Shown here: piece by piece, positions 36,521-43,541 of the stretch
Layout of the letters: each line of letters begins with the position of its first letter
How positions within the stretch are numbered: the first letter of the stretch is position 1
Translations under genes and position numbers: made by a program
Assembly: GCA_943704415.1 (NCBI GenBank)
Contig: CALSCO010001471.1
Coordinates: forward strand, 1 to 43,541
Direction: 5' to 3'
From: Parvularia atlantis
Lineage: Eukaryota
DNA length: 43,541 nt
The notes under the pieces: model-generated
What the model was told of the DNA's origin: nothing
Database searches by the model: none
The model's input: only the letters and a program-made list of their open reading frames with translations

Positions 36521-37160
36521 GCGTCGATCACCGTCATGGAGCGCTGTCTCATTTGGTTGCCACAGATGGGTGGCAGCGCCGGCAACCTAGAGATCTTTCG
36601 TGAGAGCGATGCGCGCGATGAGACCAGTGTAGCAACAGGTATGTCAACATCCCCCGTGTCCCCCGCGTGTTCAGCGCATGCTCTGCAAAGCAACAAGGCC
36701 CGTGTTTGTGCCGTCAGTTGGTTTCAGCGAAATTGAGACCGCAATTTTCTCTCGGATTGGCTCCCTCGCAAATGAGACACGCTGTCTTTGCTTTCTGCAT
36801 TCTTCGCAATCTGCGCTCCGTGTGTTGTGCACTGCTGGACCCCTTGCCGCTCTCGCCGCGCCCCCTCTGCTCCACTCCGCGCCTCGTCCCCTGCGCCCCG
36901 CGCAAGCCGCTCCAGCGTCATCTGAAACGTGCTCGCGACGCGGATGAAACGGCGCGTTTTGGCGCGCGTGCTCCTGCTCGTCATCCGCGCGCTCGTCGCG
37001 CTCGCCTCTGCGCTTGCCGCACCCGCCGCGCGCGCACCCGCTCATGCCCCGTGCTGCGCGCAGCGCCCTGCTTTTTTTTTCGGTGTCAAGTCGTGCAATT
37101 GCGGCCCAATTACCGACGCGCGCCGCACCCGTGTTCGCAGACGTTCGCGAGCAGTCGATA

Positions 37161-40100
37161 ATGCCGATCACGCCGCGTACCGTCGCGGTGCTGCTCGTCG
37201 TTACGGCGATGCTGGCCGGCTCCGGCTCGGCCCAGTTCGTGTCCCAGGGCGCGATCACCGATAACCCCGCGACCAACAACTTCCAGGGCTACTCGATGGC
37301 CATGTCGGGCACGACCCTCGCCGTCGGCGCGCCGCAGTACGACGTTGCGGGCTCGACAGGCAGCACGACCTACGGTGGCAACGGCGCCGCGAGCCTATAC
37401 ACGTGCACCGGCAACCCCATCACCTGTGTCTACCAGGCGCGCTGGACGCCCGGCACCAGCAGCGCCGTAACGCAGAGCCGCTATGGCCAGTCGGTAGCGC
37501 TCACCAACAACGGCCAGTTCTTCGTCGTGTCGGCGCCGTACTAGTGCGTCCGTCGCAAATTTATCTTCGTTGCAGTGTTTTCACATCTTGCGCACGCACA
37601 GCTACTCGTACTCGGCCTACACCGGCGGCGCCGTCTATCTGTTCAACTGCCCGACACCCTCAACCTGCGCGCAGATCGGCTCTACGTACGCGTACACAAC
37701 CAACTATCAGTTTGGCCAGTCGGTCGCGGCAACGACTGTCGGCGCCGGAGTGCTCGTGATCTCGGGCGCGCCGCTCGCAGGCAGCTACGGCTACATCAGC
37801 GTGCTCTGGTGCTCTAGCACGACGGGCGGCTGCGGCTCGTCGTTCACGCAGTACAACCCGTCGACCGGTTACTACCACGGCTTTGGCGCGACCATCATGC
37901 CGAATACGCCGCTCTTCGCCGTCGGCGACATCGGCACAACGTCTTCGTATCCCCGGTGGACCGTCTTCTCGTGCAGCGTGGGCACCCAGTCCGGCTGCAC
38001 GCAGAAGGCGACGCGGACCAACAGCGTCTACAGCAGTGCGTGTCTCGCCGCCAAACATGCGTGGCGTGCCGCTAATGTCGCACTGCCACAGGCCAGTACA
38101 GTCGCAACCTGGCTATGACTAGCACGTTCCTCGCTGTCGGCTCGTACGGTCTTACCACAAACACGGGCCTGGTCTACATCTACTCGTGCTCGGGCGCGTC
38201 CCTCACGTGCAGCACCACCGCCAGCGCGACCTTCGCCGCACCGCTCTCGGCCACGAGCGACCGCTTTGGCGCGTCCGTCGTCGTCAACCCCAGCTTCTCC
38301 AACTTCCTCGCCGTAGGCGCGCCGACCAAGGGCACCGGCCGTGCGTTGCGCGCGACGTTTGCGCGATTGCCTGGCGAGGCACTGACGAGCAAACGCGCAC
38401 GCGCACGGGCAGGCGTGTACCTGTACGATTGCACCACGCTCACGGCCTGCAACAACTTTGGCGTCGTCAACGGCTTCTCGGCCACGGCCGGTGCGCACTC
38501 GTGTTCTATGCGGACCAGCCGGGTCTAACCGCTGCTCGCGTTAGAATTCGCCTGGGGGTACGGCGTTGCGTTCAACCCGGCAAACACAGCGCTGTTCGTG
38601 GGCGCGCCCGCCTACACCGGCACCAACACCTACCAGGGCGCCTTCTACGCGTTCCAGTGCACCCGACCGGGCGTCGATCTGCTGTGCGCAACGCCAACGC
38701 CCAGTGCGTCTGCACGCGTGCCGTCGCCCCGCGGATGCTGACCTTGGTCGGCAGCCTCGACGGCCTCGGCCACGCGATCTTCCACCGCCACCTCGACCGC
38801 AACGTCGACCTTCACGCACACGCACACCCCGTCGGCGACAAAGTCGGCAACGCAGTCGGCAACGGCGAGCTTCACGCAGAGCGCGACCGCCTCGTTGACG
38901 CAGTCGGCCACGGCGAGCTTCACCCAGTCGGCCACGGCGAGCTTCACCCAGTCGGCCACGGCATCGTTGACCAAGTCGGCCACGGCCAGTTTTACTCAGT
39001 CGGCCACGGCGAGTTACACGCAGAGCGCGACGGCCAGTGCCACGGCAAGCTTCACCGAGAGCGACACGGCGTCGTTCACCCAGTCGGCCACGGCAAGCTT
39101 CACCGAGAGCGCGACGGCGAGCTTCACCGAGAGCGCGACGGCAAGCTCCACCGAGAGCGCGACGGCGAGCTTCACCGAGAGCGCGACGGCAAGCTTCACC
39201 GAGAGCGACACGGCAAGCTTCACCGAGAGCGCGACCGCCTCGTTCTCCGAAAGCGCAACAGCCAGCTTCACCGAGAGCGCGACCGCCACGGCGACGCCCA
39301 CACCGACCGTGCCCATCGTCATCCCGCCAACGGACGCCCCGACCGATGCGCCAACGGACGCCCCGACTGACGCCCCGACTTCTGGTCCCACCTTTGCACC
39401 CACGAGTGGCCCCACGAGCGGCCCCACGAGCGGCCCGACTTCTGGCCCCACCGACCAGCCCACGGACGCTCCCACTGGCAGCCCAACCGATCAGCCGCCC
39501 ACGGACACGCCTACGGATGAGCCGACGGATGAGCCGACGGACGGCCCCACCTCTGGTCCGACCTCTGGTCCGACCTCTGGTCCGACCTCTGGTCCGACCT
39601 CTGGTCCGACCTCTGGTCCGACCTCTGGTCCGACCTCTGGCCCGACCTCTGGCCCGACCTCTGGTCCGACGTCGGGCCCAACATCTGGCCCGACATCTGG
39701 CCCGACATCTGGCCCGACGTCGGGCCCGACGTCAACGAGCGGCCCGACGAGCGGCCCAACCAGCGGCCCAACCTCGAACCCAACTAACGGACCGACGAGC
39801 GGGCCGACGGGCGCGCCCAGCGACGGCCCGGCAGAGTCGCCGACGGCAGCGGCGACACCCGTGCCCTCGAGCGGCGCCACGAACGACCAGGGGGTGCGTT
39901 CACACGTGGTGGTGCGGTCAGTTCACGCTCTCGCGCAGACCGTCATCGGCGCGGCCGTCGGCGGCGTGCTCGGGGCGCTGGTGCTCATCGCCCTGATCGT
40001 CGCGGTCTTTATCGTGCGCGCGCGTCGCCACAAGGACGTTTCAGGTGCGCACCGCGGCGGATGTGGCCCGTTCGGCGCGGCTGATCGCGCTCGCGCTGAC

Positions 40101-40273
40101 AGGAGATGAGATCTCGGGTGCCAGCTTCTTCGCCACCCGCAGCTCGCGTACCCTCGACGCGGACAAGCGGCTGAGCGAAATCGTCCAGGTGCGCGCACTG
40201 CCCTGCATTTGTGCGTGGTGCTGATTGCAGCTCTGCGCAGCTCGACCCGGCCGCGAGGAGCGCCTACCCGTGA
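37161..40273 (+). CDS. Type I membrane protein: signal peptide, FG-GAP (integrin-alpha-like) propeller, Ser/Thr-rich repeat stalk, TM, short tail (8 introns)
   Basis: QGYSMAM..LAVGAP, YGQSVAL..VVSAP, FGQSVA..ISGAP, FGASVV..LAVGAP, WGYGVA..FVGAP; stalk repeats; TM VIGAAVGGVLGALVLIALIVAVFIV followed by RARRHK. Confidence 0.85.
38843..39290 (+). repeat. Coding 24-bp tandem repeat, SATASFT(Q/E), about 17 copies
   Basis: Repeated (T/A)CGGC(G/A)AGCTTCACC(C/G)AG; an ESDTASF variant occurs at 39057 and 39201, 144 bp apart. Confidence 0.9.
39546..39775 (+). repeat. Coding 12-bp tandem repeat (PTSG)n
   Basis: Run of identical CCGACCTCTGGT units grading into synonymous variants. Confidence 0.9.
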
Positions 40274-40344
40274 GGGCAGTGCCGGCGCTACCTGTCAGTT
40301 CCCTCTCGCAGCACCCGTGCTTGCTTGAAAGTCAGTGTCTAAGA

Positions 40345-43290
40345 TTACCACAAGTGCCTGTGCCTGTGCGTGCGTGCGTGATCGGGGCCTCTCTGCGCTT
40401 GCTGCGGCGTCGCGGAGGCGGTCGCCACGTCCGTATCGCTCGTTTGAGCGCGCAGAAGCCCCTCGTGGCCGTGCTGCTCGGTCGCGTGCACGTAGACGGC
40501 CGACGACTCGGAGAAGTAGAACACGAAGAAGACGTAGTAGGCGAGCCCGGTCAGGAAGTGCCACATGCCGTGGCCCTGGAAGACTGAGTCCGGGTCGCAC
40601 AGCATGCGACGGAAGTCCAGCTCCCAAAACGTGTACGCCGCGGCGAAGAGCGCAAGCGCGAGCAGCATGAGGCCGATGTGGCTGCGCGACATGGCATTCA
40701 GCTGCGCCGCCGCCTCGCGGTCGCCCGCGTCCATTGCCCTGGCCTGGCGACGCGGCGCACGGAGCCGCTGCACCGTGAGGTTGATCTCGAGCACGATCGC
40801 GAGCCCCAGCAGGCCCGCAAACATCTCCTGGGTGAAGTCGCGCGGCGACAGGGTCTTGATCAGGAACGCAACGATGAGCAGCACCACGAAAAAGGCGAAG
40901 AACAAGGCGCCGCGCAGCGATCGGAACGGCGTGAAGCGGATCCAGCGCGTCCAGGCGACGTGGGCGGGCTTCTTGGTCGCGTGGGCCGACGCGCCGCCGC
41001 TCTCGAGGTCCCGCACAGCGCCACGCCGTAGCTGCGTCGCCGTGAGCAGATTCGCGTCGATCTCGTCCAGGCTCACGCCCCAAGCGCCAGGGAGAGGCAC
41101 ACGCGCGGCAGCGTAGGCGAACGCGAACGCGGCGAGGGTGATCATGCCCGAAAAGTCGGCCAGCGACGAGGCCTCGTCGAAGCGCGCGTGAAACAGGAAC
41201 GAGCCCACGCCGAGGAGCACGCCGATGAGGCTGTAGACGATGCTGAGCCAGATCGACGTGCGGAACGACCAACGCAGCTCGACCTGAAAGTGCGCGTCGA
41301 GGTCGTCGTTCTCGAGCCCGGCGTCGGTCAGCGTCACTTCGCCCATCTGCAGGCGCGCGATCGTCGCCGCGGTCGAGGCGGTGGTGCCCGTGCCCAGGCT
41401 CGGGTTGGTGCTGCGCGTGCTGTCGATCGAGCGTCGCGACGTGGCCAGGTAGGCCGCCGAGGGCGCAGGCACGGCCGGCGCGGCCGGCAGAGGCGGCAGC
41501 GGCATGGTAGGCGTGAAGCGGTTGCTGTGTGTCGGCGTCGTGCGTGAGTCGCGGGCCAAGGTGGGCGTCGGCGCGCGGGCGCGCTCGCTCTCCGACGGCA
41601 GCATCTCGTACGGCAGCGGCGAGATGATCGGGCGGCGCGGGATGGGCGACTGCACGCGCACGCTCGCGATCGGGTCAAAGTCGGTGCGGCTCACGGCCAG
41701 AATCCCGCGCAGCGAGTCAACGCCGGAGCGCAGCGACTCGAGCGTGACGCGGGTGAAGCGCGAGGGTGGGCGTTGGCCGTCGGCCGTCGGCAAAGTCGGT
41801 GAGGTCGGCGACGTCGGCATCGGTAGCGTGTCTTCTACCGGCCCGGGCCCGGCTGGCCACACGCCCACGCCAAAACCGCTCGCCTTGGTGGAGCCGTAGA
41901 CCTGATCAAAGTCCGGGTTGACGAAGCTGTCGGTGAAGATGGCGCTGCTCGGGTGGCTGCTGTGCTGCAACTCCTCGTCCGACGTCGACTTGGTCATGCG
42001 CACGCTGAACGTCATGCGGCGCAGGCGCGCGGGCACGCCGTCGCGGGTCTGCGCAGCGGCGTTGGCCAGGAAAGGGCTGGTCGTCGTGTCGATGTAGATG
42101 CGGTCGGGCGGGATGACGGGTGAGAGCACGGCGGGTGGACGCGGCGACGGCAGCGTCGCGGGCCACCCGTCGTCAACGCGGCTCTGCGGCCTGCGCAGCC
42201 TCGGTGACGCGTCCTCCTCGTCCTCCTCCGCGACACGGCCCAGGTCCGAGCTGGGCATGCGTCGCTGGGATTGCGTGGTGACCTCGGGCGGAGCGATGCC
42301 CAGCGACGTCGTGGGCACGGCTGAGCGGCTGCGCTGGCGCTGGTGCGGGCTGAAGCCGCCTGAGACGGCGTTGCGCAGGCCGCCACCACTGCCGCTGAAG
42401 CTCCTGCCGCGGATCGAGCTCTCGGACGAGGCGCGCACCTCGGGGAAGGGCTCCTCGGGGCCGGGCGCCGAGACGTAGCGCACGTCGCTGAGGCTCGCGC
42501 TAACGGCGCCCGCGCTGACCGACACGTTGCTCTCGAGGTCGGACGGCGACTTGTGCATGGACGAGACGGGCGTGCGGCAGAGCTGGTCCATCTCGATCGC
42601 GACGTGGCCGGCCGAGCTCTTGCGCGGCGGCTGCGTGGCCGTCGGCGGCTGCTGCTGCTGTTGTTGTCGTCGCTGCGCATGGTCCTGCTCGATCTGCGCG
42701 CGCGCAGCCGCCGCGGCCGCCGCCGAGCCGTAGAAGACGATGTTGGCGAGGACGCGCACGGCGCGGTGGAGCCATCGGTCGGCCGAGGCGTACGAGACGA
42801 CGCGCTGGATGGCGAGCTGGAACTGGGCCGTGACGCGCTGCAGCACGGCGATGAGGCGGTACTCGACCAGAAAGCCGACGACGAGCGCCGCGAAGAACAG
42901 GTACGAGAGGCTCGTCCACGCGTTGACCGGCTCGAGCACGGACGAGCCCGAAACCTTGCGCTCGCAGTACCCGCCCCACTCGGGCGCGGGGAAGCCGATG
43001 TTGAGCACGAACTGGTACAGCATGCCCAGTGCGATCCAGAACGCCGACACGAGCACGGCAAACAGGAACACGGCCGCGTGGACCCAGCGCACGCCCCACG
43101 GCCGCCGTGTCCGCGCTGTGTATGCGTCCGCTAGCACTCGAACAGTAGCTGTCGTGGGTACGCGGTCGGTCGGCGCCTCCGCCGCGCGCCCCGGCGGCCG
43201 CAGCGCGTCCTGCGCGGGCCCGGGCGCGGCGGTGGGGGCCGCGGGGGCCGGCAGGAGCGCACCCGACGACGCCGCCGGTGGCGCACGCAT
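40345..43290 (-). CDS. Intronless CREST-superfamily (alkaline ceramidase-like) membrane hydrolase with a very large Ser/Pro-rich insertion
   Basis: YCE..VLEPVNAWTSLSY, GVGSFLFHA (SxxxH), SLAD, LCDPDSVFQGHGMWHFLTG (HxxWH). Single open frame of about 980 codons from ATG 43290. Confidence 0.82.
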   Translation of the reverse strand: MRAPPAASSGALLPAPAAPTAAPGPAQDALRPPGRAAEAPTDRVPTTATVRVLADAYTARTRRPWGVRWVHAAVFLFAVLVSAFWIALGMLYQFVLNIGFPAPEWGGYCERKVSGSSVLEPVNAWTSLSYLFFAALVVGFLVEYRLIAVLQRVTAQFQLAIQRVVSYASADRWLHRAVRVLANIVFYGSAAAAAAARAQIEQDHAQRRQQQQQQPPTATQPPRKSSAGHVAIEMDQLCRTPVSSMHKSPSDLESNVSVSAGAVSASLSDVRYVSAPGPEEPFPEVRASSESSIRGRSFSGSGGGLRNAVSGGFSPHQRQRSRSAVPTTSLGIAPPEVTTQSQRRMPSSDLGRVAEEDEEDASPRLRRPQSRVDDGWPATLPSPRPPAVLSPVIPPDRIYIDTTTSPFLANAAAQTRDGVPARLRRMTFSVRMTKSTSDEELQHSSHPSSAIFTDSFVNPDFDQVYGSTKASGFGVGVWPAGPGPVEDTLPMPTSPTSPTLPTADGQRPPSRFTRVTLESLRSGVDSLRGILAVSRTDFDPIASVRVQSPIPRRPIISPLPYEMLPSESERARAPTPTLARDSRTTPTHSNRFTPTMPLPPLPAAPAVPAPSAAYLATSRRSIDSTRSTNPSLGTGTTASTAATIARLQMGEVTLTDAGLENDDLDAHFQVELRWSFRTSIWLSIVYSLIGVLLGVGSFLFHARFDEASSLADFSGMITLAAFAFAYAAARVPLPGAWGVSLDEIDANLLTATQLRRGAVRDLESGGASAHATKKPAHVAWTRWIRFTPFRSLRGALFFAFFVVLLIVAFLIKTLSPRDFTQEMFAGLLGLAIVLEINLTVQRLRAPRRQARAMDAGDREAAAQLNAMSRSHIGLMLLALALFAAAYTFWELDFRRMLCDPDSVFQGHGMWHFLTGLAYYVFFVFYFSESSAVYVHATEQHGHEGLLRAQTSDTDVATASATPQQAQRGPDHARTHRHRHLW

Positions 43291-43451
43291 CGAACGACGG
43301 GGATGCCTGTCGACGGACGTTGAGTGCTTGCGTAACGCAATCGCGCGCGGCGGGAACGACACGCAGCCTGCGATGCGCAATGCGCTCAAGCTCGAGCGCG
43401 CGCGGTCACAGCGAGCGAGAGAAGGACGACAGAAAGCCTGAGAGAGAAAGC

Positions 43452-43454
<3 letters not shown>

Positions 43455-43541
<87 letters not shown>
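43455..43541. repeat. (GA)n microsatellite running off the window end
   Basis: More than 40 GA units, preceded by two copies of AGAAAGCCTGAGAG. Confidence 0.95.

Noticed and set aside
828..40230. Introns as introner or transposon-derived elements
   Set aside because: No shared internal sequence, terminal inverted repeats or target-site duplications were visible beyond the splice signals.
391..43290. Stop-codon reassignment or programmed frameshifting
   Set aside because: Every in-frame stop or frame change examined in conserved genes is removed by an intron; TAA, TAG and TGA all terminate genes.
27350..43290. Ypk-type kinase and ceramidase-like gene as a sphingolipid cluster
   Set aside because: They are more than 10 kb apart with unrelated genes between them; no evidence of functional clustering.
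1..43541. Hundreds of long Arg/Ala/Pro-rich ORFs in the six-frame track
   Set aside because: They are shadow frames caused by high GC and stop-codon scarcity. The real genes are spliced and account for nearly all of the sequence.
43455..43541. Terminal repeat as a telomere
   Set aside because: It is a simple (GA)n microsatellite of a type that also occurs internally; more likely a contig or window break.

Overview
GC-rich, gene-dense eukaryotic DNA, not prokaryotic. About 22 protein-coding genes are split by roughly 150 (hand count) short spliceosomal introns, mostly 45-80 nt, with a GTGCG-type donor, a CTGAC/CTCAC branch point and a YAG acceptor. The six-frame ORF track is therefore largely misleading, and the gene models here were spliced by hand. 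In order: Nma111-like HtrA protease, SR-type cyclophilin, LIM/coiled-coil/poly-Pro/WH2 protein, Niban-like PH protein, NDUFA5, L-asparaginase, centromeric histone CenH3, CHTOP-like protein, coiled-coil orphan, PPR protein, BTB protein, PhyH dioxygenase, TRIM-NHL, Qcr10, possible Shr3-like membrane protein, D-2-hydroxyacid dehydrogenase, Ypk1/Gad8-type kinase, SEL1L/Hrd3, small orphan, Tup1, an FG-GAP propeller on a mucin-like stalk, and an intronless CREST/ceramidase-like protein. The mix of fungal-type and animal/amoeboid-type genes suggests a unicellular opisthokont or relative (inference). Most notable: at least 9 inferred GC-AG introns; an integrin-alpha-like surface protein with a repeat stalk and a decayed paralog remnant upstream; a LIM-WH2 candidate actin regulator; a complete TRIM-NHL protein; and extreme gene compaction. 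All family assignments come from recognising motifs by eye; no database search was run.
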